A stretch of 64,000 nucleotides of DNA from an uncultured delta proteobacterium (GCA_963699705.1 CAVOUW010000001.1:268409-332408); one strand, 5' to 3'. Positions 1 through 9,387 are shown, counted from the first letter of the stretch. The notes: a model not told the origin generated them from the sequence alone. Made by a program: numbers and translations.

Positions 1-94
1 ACGATAAAAAAATCGAATTCCAATAATGCCCCAAGTTTACGCGCCCCCCGCGCGCAACCGCAAACCGACCATCAACAAGCCCCCTGATTCCATC

Positions 95-147
95 ACTGGG
101 TGCAGGGATCACCCCGCCGGGAAGGTGAAACCCGCGGAGGGTTTCAC
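95..147 (-). repeat. Repeat family A, copy 1 (double-hairpin REP-like element, inverted orientation)
   Basis: Reverse complement reads gtgaaaccc-N-gggtttcac followed by cttcc..ggggtgatccctgcacccagt. It is near-identical in architecture to 30042..30097 and 60058..60114. Confidence 0.7.
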
Positions 148-228
148 ATTAGATAAGGTTCTTCGTCACGCCACGAATCAGCCCTCGAAAGAGGCCCGCC
201 CCGATGCCAAACTCTCCATCCAACGACC

Positions 229-1137
229 ATGCAACGCGCGACCGCATCCCGCCGAAGTTACACGCGTGCGATATTCCGCACGCACGCGCATCTGGCCGAT
301 GAAGCCGCGGGAATTCTCGTTGCGGGCGGCGCGCTTGGATGCGCCGTTGCCGGGATGAAACTCCCCCGCGCGCGCGAGGACAAAACAGTCGCCCTCGAGG
401 CATACTTCGACGCCATCTCCGCCGCTGATCTGTCACGACTCAAGCTCTCACTGGAGCAGGCCGGGATGCTCGCGGACGGCAGTGTCGATGGCACGGCGCG
501 GAGAATCGTTGACCCTGGATGGGCCACACTGTGGATGAAACGCTTCGGTCCGTTTCGCGTCGGTCGCCGAATCCTCATCGTGCCGCCATGGAGACGCCAG
601 AATGAAACCGGCCGCACGACAATCGTAGTCCAGCCGGCGCAAGCGTTCGGCACCGGCCACCATCCGACGACCGCCGGGGCCCTGCGCGCGATCGAAGCGA
701 TCGTCGCAGCGCACGCGCCGCGATCAATCCTCGACGCCGGCACCGGCTCCGGCATCCTGGCGATCGCCACCGCACTGATGGGCAAGCGCAACGGCGACAT
801 AATCGCGATCGACATCGATCCAACGGCGCTGGAGAACGCACGCGCCAACGCGCGCCTCAATGGCGTCGAGAAGTCGATCCGATTCTCATCGGTGCCACTC
901 ACTTCGATACATCGCCACTTCGATCTAATCGTCGCGAATATCTTAAGCGGAACGTTGATCGAACTTGCGCCGCATTTGAAAAAACTGGTCGCACCCGGCG
1001 GACGCCTCGTCCTCGGTGGCTTCCTCGCCGACGAAGCTGACGAAGTGCTGAGCCACTATCGCTCGCCGCTCCGATGCGTCAGTCGCAAGACGCATCGCGG
1101 ATGGACGACGATCGTGATGGCGCGAGCCGCACGCTGA
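229..1137 (+). CDS. prmA: Ribosomal protein L11 methyltransferase
   Basis: SAM-binding motif ILDAGTGSGILAIA, then DIDP..ALENA and LIVANIL. The N-terminus is PrmA-like (HLADEAAGILVAGGALG). An alternative start lies at ATG 355. Confidence 0.85.
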   Translation: MQRATASRRSYTRAIFRTHAHLADEAAGILVAGGALGCAVAGMKLPRAREDKTVALEAYFDAISAADLSRLKLSLEQAGMLADGSVDGTARRIVDPGWATLWMKRFGPFRVGRRILIVPPWRRQNETGRTTIVVQPAQAFGTGHHPTTAGALRAIEAIVAAHAPRSILDAGTGSGILAIATALMGKRNGDIIAIDIDPTALENARANARLNGVEKSIRFSSVPLTSIHRHFDLIVANILSGTLIELAPHLKKLVAPGGRLVLGGFLADEADEVLSHYRSPLRCVSRKTHRGWTTIVMARAAR

Positions 1138-1892
1138 TGCCATCGCAGCCCCGCCGCTTTTCGATCGCACACGCACCCGACGCATCCGGCTTGGTCTATG
1201 TCGAGGGCGCGGAATTGCATCATATGCGGACAGTCCTGCGCATCCCCATCGATGCGCGCGTGTCTTTGCTCGATCCTTCCGGCGTCGAACATCACGGCGT
1301 GATCGATCATTATGACCGCGACCGCGCCGTGATCCGGATAGAGTCATCGTCAATCTCGCCCGCTCGACCTCGAGTCATTCTCGCCGCCGCAATCATCAAA
1401 GGCCCGCGCATGGATTTCATCGTCGAGAAAGCCGGTGAGCTAGGCGTGTCCGAGCTGTGGCCGCTGGTCTGCGCGCGCGGATTGGTTCGTTCGCCGGGAA
1501 CAGAACGGCTCGCGCGATGGCGTCGGCTCGCGCTCGCAGCGGCCAAGCAGAGCCAGTCTCCATCCGCGATGAACGTCCGCGAGCCAATCAGTCTCGATGC
1601 CTTGATTCGCAGCGTACCGCCCGAAACTCTAGCCATAATCTGCGCGCAAACTGCCCAGCCGCTCAGCCGCGTGATTCGACGCGCACATCCGCGTGCGATA
1701 TTGATAGCGATTGGACCGGAGGGCGATTTCGATGACGACGAACGCGCCACAGCCGCCAACGCTGGCTTCGTCGCCGCCGGACTCGGACCGAATCGCCTCA
1801 GAAGCGAGACGGCGGCTCTGGGAGCCGTCAGCATAGCACAGGGGTTGCTTCACGATGCCGAAGAGCCAGGGGAAGATGCCGAATCGGAATAA
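1137..1892 (+). CDS. rsmE: 16S rRNA (uracil1498-N3)-methyltransferase
   Basis: Motifs AIIKGPRMDFIVEKAGELGV, IGPEGDF and LGPNRLRSETAA. The ATG overlaps the prmA stop (TGATG), suggesting translational coupling. Confidence 0.85.
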   Translation: MPSQPRRFSIAHAPDASGLVYVEGAELHHMRTVLRIPIDARVSLLDPSGVEHHGVIDHYDRDRAVIRIESSSISPARPRVILAAAIIKGPRMDFIVEKAGELGVSELWPLVCARGLVRSPGTERLARWRRLALAAAKQSQSPSAMNVREPISLDALIRSVPPETLAIICAQTAQPLSRVIRRAHPRAILIAIGPEGDFDDDERATAANAGFVAAGLGPNRLRSETAALGAVSIAQGLLHDAEEPGEDAESE

Positions 1893-2859
1893 AAGGGACG
1901 CGAATAAATTTGCGTTCCTGATGGATCCGCTCGACAAGGTGATCGTCGATAAGGACACGACCTTCGTGTTCATGCTCGAGGCGCAATTTCGCGGCCACGA
2001 TATTTATTTTCTCGAGCTGCGCGACCTCTACGCGCGCGGCCGGCATGTAAAGGCACGGGCGCGGCGATGCGAACTGACGCGGCGCGGCAATCCTCACTAC
2101 AAGTTTCTCGACGACGGCGCCGATTATCCGATCGAGCATTTCGACGCGGTCTTCATGCGCAAGGATCCGCCCGCCGATGCGGCCTATCTTTACGCGACGA
2201 TGCTGCTGAGCCTGGCCGACGAACAGCAAACGTTCGTGCTCAACAATCCGGCCGGGCTTCGCGAGGCGAACGAAAAGCTCTACTCGCTGAATTTTCCCGA
2301 TGCGATTCCCCCGACGCTCGTGACCTATGAAATTCCAAAGCTCAAAGCGTTTCTTGACGAGCAAGGCGGCGAGATGATCGTCAAGCCGCTGGATGGGCAC
2401 GGCGGCGAGGGCGTGTTCCTGGCGACGTCGAAAGATCGCAATCTCGGCGCGATCCTCGAGACCGTGACCCAGTTCGAAACGCGGCTCATCATGGCGCAGC
2501 GCTATCTGCCCGAGGCTCGCAAAGGCGACAAGCGGCTGATCGTGCTGAACGGCGATCCGCTCGGATGCACGCTGCGGGTGCCGCGGGACGACGAGCATCG
2601 CGGCAACATCCACGTCGGCGGCAATTGCGTGAAGGCGCAAATCACGGAGCGCGATCGTGAAATCTGCCGGATGCTGAAACCGCGGCTGGAACGCGACGGT
2701 CTGTACTTCGTCGGCCTCGACATCATCGGCGACTATCTGACCGAGGTGAACGTGACGAGCCCGACTGGAGTGCAGGAAATCGACCGGCTCGACAGCGCCA
2801 ACCTCGAAGGCAAGGTGATCGATTTTGTCGAGTCGCGAGTGGCGGCGCTCAAGGATTGA
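1855..2859 (+). CDS. gshB: Glutathione synthetase (prokaryotic ATP-grasp type)
   Basis: FAFLMDPLD, MRKDPP, EKLY, IVKPLDGHGGEGVF, RYLPE..GDKRLIVLNG and NVTSPTG are characteristic of GshB. An alternative start lies at ATG 1876. Confidence 0.85.
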   Translation: MPKSQGKMPNRNKRDANKFAFLMDPLDKVIVDKDTTFVFMLEAQFRGHDIYFLELRDLYARGRHVKARARRCELTRRGNPHYKFLDDGADYPIEHFDAVFMRKDPPADAAYLYATMLLSLADEQQTFVLNNPAGLREANEKLYSLNFPDAIPPTLVTYEIPKLKAFLDEQGGEMIVKPLDGHGGEGVFLATSKDRNLGAILETVTQFETRLIMAQRYLPEARKGDKRLIVLNGDPLGCTLRVPRDDEHRGNIHVGGNCVKAQITERDREICRMLKPRLERDGLYFVGLDIIGDYLTEVNVTSPTGVQEIDRLDSANLEGKVIDFVESRVAALKD

Positions 2860-2934
2860 GAAGGCCGTTGCGCGGCGGCGCAATCATCGGTACGAATGAA
2901 GGTTCGCCTCATCGCGCACGCGCACAAGCACGGT

Positions 2935-3010
2935 GGGCAGGTAGCTCAGTCGGTAGAGCAAAGGACTGAAAATCCTTGTGTCGAGTGTTCGATTCACTCC
3001 CTGCCCACCA
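2935..3010 (+). tRNA. tRNA-Phe (anticodon GAA), CCA encoded
   Basis: Hand-folded cloverleaf: acceptor GGGCAGG/CCTGCCC, D arm GCTC-AGTCGGTA-GAGC, anticodon arm AAGGA-CTGAAAA-TCCTT and T arm GAGTG-TTCGATT-CACTC, ending in a discriminator A and CCA. Confidence 0.9.
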
Positions 3011-3120
3011 ACATACGTTTTGGCATTTACGTAACCAGCCTGCCGCTCCCTGAAGATTCCTAATTGTCGGGTGCGCGCCCGTTTGATAGACCCTGAGGTA
3101 GGCTCCGTCTGGAGGACATC

Positions 3121-3531
3121 ATGAAGATTAAGGTCGCGCTGATTGGAATCGTTGCGGCGTTGGTTTTTGCGCTCGCGTCCGCGCAGCCATGTTCTGCGAT
3201 GGGTGGTCTCATAGGTGGTAGCATTGGTGTAGGTCCGATGGGCGGGTCTGCGCCATATGTTCGCGCAGCTCCCTGGGCTGGCGATGTGCCCGGGGAACCA
3301 CAAGGACAAGGGCAGCAGAATTTCTGGAAGCAGGCTGCCGCTCGACGGGCGGCATTGGCGAAGACCGAGTTACATTTCGATCTCAGCCAGTGCCAGCAAA
3401 TCGAAACAGGATTGTACAACTGTTCCGCCACTGACAAGCCTATCTGCAACGGCGAGTACAAAGGCCAGGCCGAATGTGTGGGGGTCGGACCGACCGGCGG
3501 CGTGTTCGTCCAGACCAGATCCGCCAACTAG
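3121..3531 (+). CDS. Hypothetical small secreted Cys-containing protein
   Basis: N-terminal signal peptide (MKIKVALIGIVAALVFALASA/QP). The mature part is Gly-rich with six Cys. No family recognised. Confidence 0.55.
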   Translation: MKIKVALIGIVAALVFALASAQPCSAMGGLIGGSIGVGPMGGSAPYVRAAPWAGDVPGEPQGQGQQNFWKQAAARRAALAKTELHFDLSQCQQIETGLYNCSATDKPICNGEYKGQAECVGVGPTGGVFVQTRSAN

Positions 3532-3732
3532 CAGAAGGCTGACTCGCCTGCCTGAGTTCGCGTCCGTCGGGCAACTTGATCGCGCTGCTCGATACGACGA
3601 CCTCAAAATTTCCTCACGACTAAATACATAGAGCCGAATTCGGGTCGGTAGATATTTCCGTATCGGCCTCATTTTCGGTCTAACTCTCCTTCGAACATTC
3701 CCAATTTTTCGCGATTTTTCGATCCCTGAAAC

Positions 3733-3748
3733 TGGCATTGTCGATGCA
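3733..3748 (+). promoter_or_regulatory. Candidate sigma54 (-24/-12) promoter
   Basis: TGGCATtgtcgATGCA places GG and GC with exactly the spacing of the TGGCAC-N5-TTGCW consensus. It lies about 64 nt upstream of ATG 3812. Confidence 0.5.
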
Positions 3749-3811
3749 TCGTATCCTTTACATGCGGGCTATTACGCCCACATCTCGCCATTTTTTTTGG
3801 AGGTACCAGGA

Positions 3812-4132
3812 ATGAAACTTCGAACTTTTTTCACCGCCGCGGCTCTGACGGCTTTATTCGCGGCTGCGCCGGTGATTGCTCGTGCGGACCATTTTGGCGA
3901 TTGGGACGACCATCATGAATGGCACGACGCACACTGGTGGCATGACAACCATCCCGGCTGGGTCTGGCATCATCATCCCGAGTGGGTGAACGCATATCCG
4001 GAATGGCGCGCCTACGACGGCGACTACGACGAGGCGCATGTGTGGCACGACCGCGGTTGGTGGTACAACAACCATCCGGAATGGGTCCGCGAACATCATC
4101 ACGATTGGGCTCGATGGCATGACGACGACTGA
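3812..4132 (+). CDS. Secreted His/Trp/Asp-rich mini-protein (possible periplasmic metal-binding protein)
   Basis: GGAGG sits 9 nt upstream of ATG 3812. Signal peptide MKLRTFFTAAALTALFAAAPVIARA/D. By hand count the mature part (about 80 aa) has 17 His and 14 Trp, with an internal duplication of a WHD-x-WW-x-NHP-x-WV motif. Confidence 0.7.
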   Translation: MKLRTFFTAAALTALFAAAPVIARADHFGDWDDHHEWHDAHWWHDNHPGWVWHHHPEWVNAYPEWRAYDGDYDEAHVWHDRGWWYNNHPEWVREHHHDWARWHDDD

Positions 4133-4175
4133 CGCAAGTTAGTCGTCTTTTGTTTTGGGGTTGTTCAGTTCGATT

Positions 4176-4256
4176 TTGCGCGAGCGCGGCTCAGGTCAGA
4201 AGCATCCGGGGTAAGTCCCGCGAATCCTTCGGCCTCGCGTCTCGCGCAATTTTTTT
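4176..4256 (+). terminator. Candidate structured element ending in a U-tract (possible intrinsic terminator)
   Basis: TTGCGCGAG (4176-4184) pairs perfectly with CTCGCGCAA (4241-4249) and is followed directly by seven T (4250-4256). The enclosed 56 nt are GC-rich. The element lies 44 nt after the stop at 4132. Confidence 0.3.
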
Positions 4257-4305
4257 CACCGCTTCTCGGTTGCTTGAAATAGTCCGCTGATGTGATCTTG
4301 CCGGC

Positions 4306-4824
4306 ATGGGAACCAAACACGCGACGCCAAAATCGAGCCGGCCCTACATGCCGGGTTACGGAATCCTCGACGCCGCCGAAGGCCGCGGACTATTGCCTTG
4401 GGAGTGGGCCGTCGAGCGCTTGACCAAAGCGCGCAACTATTGGGTGGCGACCACGTGTCCCGATAGCCGGCCGCATTGCGTGCCGGTCTGGGGCGTCTGG
4501 CTCGACGACACGTTCTACTTCAGTAGCGGCACGAAGTCGCGCAAGGCACGCAATCTGGCGGCGAATCCAAATTGCGTCGTATGCCCCGAAGACGGAACCC
4601 AGGCGGTTTCGCTCGAGGGCTTCGCCGAAAACATTACCGACATGGAAACGATCCGGCGAATCGTCGAGGCCTACAATACCAAGTACCAGTGGGATTTGAA
4701 GCCTGAGACGGTGCTCGACATGGGGCCGATGTTCGCCGTGCGTCCACGCAAAGTGATTGCGGTGGACGCGACGCCCGGCGAATTTCAGGGCAGCGCGACG
4801 CGTTGGCAGTTCGAACCGAACTGA
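4306..4824 (+). CDS. Pyridoxamine 5'-phosphate oxidase-family (FMN/F420-binding split-barrel) protein
   Basis: The pattern LPWEWAVERL..NYWVATTCPDSRPHCVPVWGVWLDDTFYFSS..SRKARNLAANP is typical of PPOX-class proteins. Confidence 0.65.
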   Translation: MGTKHATPKSSRPYMPGYGILDAAEGRGLLPWEWAVERLTKARNYWVATTCPDSRPHCVPVWGVWLDDTFYFSSGTKSRKARNLAANPNCVVCPEDGTQAVSLEGFAENITDMETIRRIVEAYNTKYQWDLKPETVLDMGPMFAVRPRKVIAVDATPGEFQGSATRWQFEPN

Positions 4825-4832
4825 AGCTGCCG

Positions 4833-5273
4833 TCACGCGCCGTGAGAGCGGACCGGACCGCGCTCGCGCACGCCGTTGGCGTGGCGCAGGCTCGACAACG
4901 GGCGATGCCGCCGCATCTGGTAACGCCGCGACGGCAGGTCGTCGATCGTCAGAATCCGCAAGCGATCGAGCAGGTAACGCGGTTCGATCCCAAGCGCCGC
5001 GCAAAGATTGTCGAAGCTGAAAATATCGCCGCGGCGGGAGCCGGCTCGCGCACCCTCGAACCAGTTCCTGACCTCGATAAATTCGCGGCGGCGCTCGCCG
5101 TCTTTCGCCTTGGCGTATCGCAGGTAACATCGAATGGCATCTTCGAGAACCGCCAGCAGAAGTTTCAGTTCGCCTTCGATCACGTGATTTCGCCTGACCA
5201 GATCGGCGTACTGTCCCGGCAACAGCAGGCCGGCGTCAATTGTTTTTTCGTGCGGTGAAGTTTCGTCTGACAT
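4833..5273 (-). CDS. Hypothetical protein
   Basis: 146-aa ORF with coding-like composition and a GGGGG purine tract before the ATG. No family recognised. The C-terminus is Arg-rich. Confidence 0.5.
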   Translation of the reverse strand: MSDETSPHEKTIDAGLLLPGQYADLVRRNHVIEGELKLLLAVLEDAIRCYLRYAKAKDGERRREFIEVRNWFEGARAGSRRGDIFSFDNLCAALGIEPRYLLDRLRILTIDDLPSRRYQMRRHRPLSSLRHANGVRERGPVRSHGA

Positions 5274-5285
5274 CGGATGCCCCCA

Positions 5286-5316
5286 AATATGGAAAGCGCG
5301 AGAATAAAGTTCGCGC
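5286..5316 (-). terminator. Hairpin downstream of the RMD1-family gene (weak terminator or attenuator candidate)
   Basis: Minus strand reads GCGCGA-actttattc-TCGCGC followed by TTTCCATATT. The hairpin sits only about 13 nt before the next gene's start. Confidence 0.3.
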
Positions 5317-5374
5317 CACGGTGAAGGTACCAGACGAGTGTTGCGACAATATTAACTCGCGAAGACGAATAATC

Positions 5375-6160
5375 CTACAAAGTGAAGTGGCCGATGCTCA
5401 GGATCACCTCGAGCAAAATCAACAGCACGACGATGACTTCGAGCAACACCAGCCGGCGATCGCGCGCGACGTCGAGCACCAGCACCAGCGAGTCCTGGAT
5501 GCTCTGCAGCTTGCTGGTCAGCGCGGCGTAACGATCGACGAGGTCGAATTCGTCGCGCAGATCGTCGTAGATGAGATCCATCGCGGGGTCTTCCCAGGCC
5601 GCGTCGGGCTTGTCGAGCAGGTGCAGGACCGCGAGAACTTCGGTCCGCGTCGAGATCGCCTCGCCGATGAAGCGATGCAGCGGCGTTATCCGATACGGCA
5701 CGGTACCGCGGGTCGCCATCCGATCGACCAACTGCGAGGTGCGCGCGAAGAGGTCGTCCACGATGCGCTCGTAGTACTCCATCGCAGCGCTCTGCCCTAC
5801 GGTCAGCGCAACGATTCCGGCGCGCTGCGAAGTTAGCTTGTCAACCCGCAGCATCCCGTCTGAAATTCCGATCTTCGAAACGGGATCCTCGAACACCGAA
5901 TAATCTTCGCGGATGATTCGCGTCGTGAGTTTGGGCAGGACCTGGGTGAGGCGGCCGAAGATGCGCTCGCGCTGCTCGGCCGGGACGTCGTGGGTCACAA
6001 TCGCGCCGAAAGGAAAGATGTAGAGACCGCCATCGGCACCCGCCGGCACGAACATTTCGAGCGGCGAGGTCCTGGCCTCCGGAAATGCAGGCCCAATCTG
6101 GCGCAGCGAGAAATTCTCCTCGAACGCCACCGCATAGAATTGATGAATCCGGCTCGCCAT
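5375..6160 (-). CDS. RMD1/DUF155-family protein with C-terminal transmembrane helix
   Basis: The layout matches DUF155 (FSLRQI.., LYIFPFGAIV.., IVALTVGQSAAMEYYE). The C-terminus has a hydrophobic helix LVLLEVIVVLLILLEVIL. Confidence 0.7.
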   Translation of the reverse strand: MASRIHQFYAVAFEENFSLRQIGPAFPEARTSPLEMFVPAGADGGLYIFPFGAIVTHDVPAEQRERIFGRLTQVLPKLTTRIIREDYSVFEDPVSKIGISDGMLRVDKLTSQRAGIVALTVGQSAAMEYYERIVDDLFARTSQLVDRMATRGTVPYRITPLHRFIGEAISTRTEVLAVLHLLDKPDAAWEDPAMDLIYDDLRDEFDLVDRYAALTSKLQSIQDSLVLVLDVARDRRLVLLEVIVVLLILLEVILSIGHFTL

Positions 6161-6234
6161 CCACTATTTCCCAGAGCCAGAACGGTTTCGAATAGCTCGT
6201 CAGGCTGTCAATAGCGCGCGAAATTCCTCGTCTG

Positions 6235-6243
6235 TGGTATATG
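6235..6243 (+). promoter_or_regulatory. Candidate extended -10 promoter (TGgTATATg)
   Basis: TGG-TATATG lies 35 nt upstream of ATG 6278. AAGGAG is at 6266-6271. No good -35 element is present. Confidence 0.3.
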
Positions 6244-6277
6244 AAATCACTCACCACAAGATTCCAAGGAGCGAGCA

Positions 6278-7015
6278 ATGATTGAAGAAGCAATCGAGAT
6301 TCGCACGACCGACGGGACCGCCGACGGACTGCTTTATAGAGAAGAGGGCCAGCGCCGGCCGGGCGTCATCCATCTGACGGACATCGGCGGCATTCGCAAG
6401 TCGCATCGCGACATGGCGCGGCGACTGGCGGAGAAAGGCTACACCGTGTTGGTGCCGAACGTGTTTTATCGCACGACCAAGCCGCCGGTTGTGGATATCA
6501 CCATCGGCTTGGGGGACGAGCGCACGATGAAGCGGTTCGGCGAGTTGCGGGCGCCGCTGACTCCTGACGCCGTCGAGCGCGACGCGACTGCCTACGTGAA
6601 TTTTCTGACTGGTCACAGTGCCGCGAGCGCAGGATCGATCGGCGTCGTCGGCTACTGCTTCACCGGAGCATTTGCGATGCGCACGGCTGCTGCGATGCCC
6701 GCCAAAGTTGCCGCAGTCGCGTCATTTCACGGCGGCGGCCTCTATACCGATGAGCCCACGAGCCCGCATCTGGTGGTGCCGCGAATCAAGGCTCGGCTCT
6801 ACTTCGGACACGCGACCAAGGATCGCAGCATGCCGGCCGAGGCGATCGAAAAGTTCGATCGCGCGCTCGCAGCTTGGGGCGGAAAATACCAGAGCGAAGT
6901 GTATGACGGTGCGTTTCACGGTTGGACTACCGCCGACGCGCCGGTTTACAACCAGCCGCAAGCAGAGCGCGCGTTTGAAAAGCTGACGGAATTGTTCGCG
7001 AGCACACTGAAGTAA
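6278..7015 (+). CDS. Dienelactone hydrolase-family protein
   Basis: Alpha/beta-hydrolase pattern: PGVIHLTDIGG, nucleophile elbow GYCFTG, and a late GAFHGW. Confidence 0.75.
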   Translation: MIEEAIEIRTTDGTADGLLYREEGQRRPGVIHLTDIGGIRKSHRDMARRLAEKGYTVLVPNVFYRTTKPPVVDITIGLGDERTMKRFGELRAPLTPDAVERDATAYVNFLTGHSAASAGSIGVVGYCFTGAFAMRTAAAMPAKVAAVASFHGGGLYTDEPTSPHLVVPRIKARLYFGHATKDRSMPAEAIEKFDRALAAWGGKYQSEVYDGAFHGWTTADAPVYNQPQAERAFEKLTELFASTLK

Positions 7016-7019
7016 GTGC

Positions 7020-8761
7020 GTGAGAGCCTCCGCTATTTTCACGGCGCGCCTGGCAGTCGCGATCGCTCTCGTTGTCTCCCTCGCCGCGCCCGCAATTGGC
7101 AACGATCCGTCCGCGCCCGATCGCGCGTTCAGAGCGCAAGTCACGCAGTTCGTCGAGGCTGAGCTGCAGCTTTATCCCGAGCGTGCGACGCATTTGGGAG
7201 ATCATCGCTTCGACGATCGAGTTGACGACGTCACCGCGGGTGGTATCGACGAGGTAATACGTCACGCGAAGAAGTGGCTCGCGACATTTAGCGCCGACGA
7301 TCCGAAGCAGCTATCGCCCGCGGACGAAGCGGATCGCGAATGGCTGGCGGCCCATCTCGACGGCGAATTGCTATGGACGGAACAAGTCCGCAGCTACCAG
7401 CGCGATCCGGAAATGTATCTGCCGACTGCGTCGGTAAACGCCCTCATCAAGCGCGAGTTCGCGCCCGTCGAGACACCGGATGCGTTCGGTGACCGCGCGC
7501 GAGGTCGGTGCGCTTCAGAATCTCGATGCTGCGAGGAGGCAACCTCAAGCCCTCACTGACGCCGAAGGTCTTCGTGGAAATCGCGCTTCAGCAAATGCCG
7601 GCGACGATCGGATTCTTCAACGATGATGTTCCGCTCGCGTTCGCCAAAGTCGCCGACGGTCCTGATAAGCAGGCGTTCGCGAAGGCGAATACGAACCTCG
7701 TCGCCGCGATCCAGGATTACTCTCAATGGATGAAGAGCGATCTCATGCCGAAAGCGTCAGGCGACTACGCAATCGGGGCCGACGCATATCGGCGGATGCT
7801 CAACGACGCCGACATGGTCGATATTCCCCTCGATCAGCTCGAGCAGGTCGGGGTCAAGGAACTGGCGCGCCTGCGAGATGAATTCCAGAAGACCGCGGCG
7901 CTAATCGATCCGAAGCGCTCGCCGGCCGACGTGATGGAATCGCTCAGCCGCGACCATCCTGACGCAACCCACGTGATACCGACCGTCGCGGCCGGCCTCG
8001 GCGACATCCGCGCGTACGTCATCGCGCATCATATTGCGACGATTCCGTCGGACGTGATGCCGATGGTGCGTGAAACCCCGCCATACGCGCGCGCGACGAC
8101 GTTTGCGTCGATGGATTCGCCGGGCCCGTTCGAAAAAACACCCGAAGCATTTTATTACGTCACGCTTCCCGACCCGTCGTGGCCCGACGCCAAGAAGAAT
8201 CAACTGCTCGCTTTCTATTCTGCCCCAAGCATTTCAGACACTTCGGTGCACGAAGTTTTCCCGGGCCACTACGTGCAGTTCCTCAACAATCGGCACAATC
8301 CGGATGTCGTTCGCCTGATTTATGGATCGGGCGCGGACATCGAAGGGTGGGGCTTGTACTGCGAGCAGATGATGCTCGACGAGGGTTTACATGACGGCGA
8401 TTCGAAATATCGTCTGGCGCAATTGCAGATGGCGTTGATGCGCGCGTGCCGGTACCTCGTCGGCCTCAGAATGCACACTCAAGGGATGACAGTCGATCAA
8501 GCCGCGAAGTTTTTCGAAGACAATGCTTACCAGACGCCGCACAACGCGATGGTCGAGGCACTGCGCGGCACCGGCGATCCCGGCTACCTCCGCTATCAAC
8601 TGGGCAAGTTGATGATTTTGAAATTGCGCGAGGACGTACGCAAACAGCAAGGCGCGGCATTCGATCTCGGAAAATTTCACGACGCGTTTCTCAAGCAGGG
8701 CGCGGTCCCGATCAAGCTGATCAGGCGCGCGATGCTCGGGAGCGACGGTTCCCTGCTCTAG
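7020..8761 (+). pseudogene. DUF885-family secreted protein, reading frame broken twice (about 7468-7480 and 7531-7541)
   Basis: The N-terminal part (GTG 7020, signal peptide, LYPERATHLGDHRFDD) is in frame 0. About 20 codons (RMRSVTAREVGALQNLDAAR) are in frame 1. The remainder (NLKPSLTPKVF..HEVFPGHY..) is in frame 2. Confidence 0.75.
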
Positions 8762-8764
8762 CGA

Positions 8765-9367
8765 CTAGAGCGACGACTTGACGGGACGGCCGGAGATTAC
8801 TTCGTCGATCAGTCCGTACTCGACGGCTTGCGCGGCGGACATGAAGTTGTCGCGGTCGGTGTCCTTCTCGATCTTCTTCACGTTCTGACCCGTATGATGA
8901 GCAAGAATGTCGTTCAGGATCTCGCGAAGACGCAACGCCTCACGCGCATGAATCTCGATATCGCTCGCCTGGCCTTCGAAACCGCCCGACACCTGATGGA
9001 TCAGTATCCGCGAGTGCGGCAGCGCGTATCGCTTCCCCTTGGCTCCTGCGGCCAACAAGAGCGATCCCATGCTGGCGGCCTGGCCTACGCATAGCGTCGA
9101 GACGGGAGGCTTCACGAATTGCATCGTGTCGTAAATCGCGAGGCCCGCGGTGACTGATCCGCCCGGCGAGTTGATGTACATATTGATTTCGCGCTCGGGA
9201 TCCTCGGACTCGAGGAACAGGAGTTGCGCGGTGACCAGGTTGGCGAGGTCGTCGGTGACGGTGCCGCCCAGGAACACGATTCGGTCCTTGAGCAGTCTCG
9301 AATAGATGTCGTATGAACGCTCGCCGCGGCCGGTCTGCTCGACTACGTATGGTACTAGTACACTCAT
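8765..9367 (-). CDS. clpP: ATP-dependent Clp protease proteolytic subunit
   Basis: [51 protein letters not shown] and RILIHQ. No clpX or tig gene is adjacent. Confidence 0.9.
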   Translation of the reverse strand: MSVLVPYVVEQTGRGERSYDIYSRLLKDRIVFLGGTVTDDLANLVTAQLLFLESEDPEREINMYINSPGGSVTAGLAIYDTMQFVKPPVSTLCVGQAASMGSLLLAAGAKGKRYALPHSRILIHQVSGGFEGQASDIEIHAREALRLREILNDILAHHTGQNVKKIEKDTDRDNFMSAAQAVEYGLIDEVISGRPVKSSL

Positions 9368-9387
9368 GCTTCAAAGGTACTATTTGG

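Noticed and set aside
26-358. 110-aa ORF upstream of and overlapping prmA
   Set aside because: The translation is low-complexity and Pro/Arg-rich. It overlaps repeat A1 and the PrmA N-terminal domain, which reads convincingly in the other frame.
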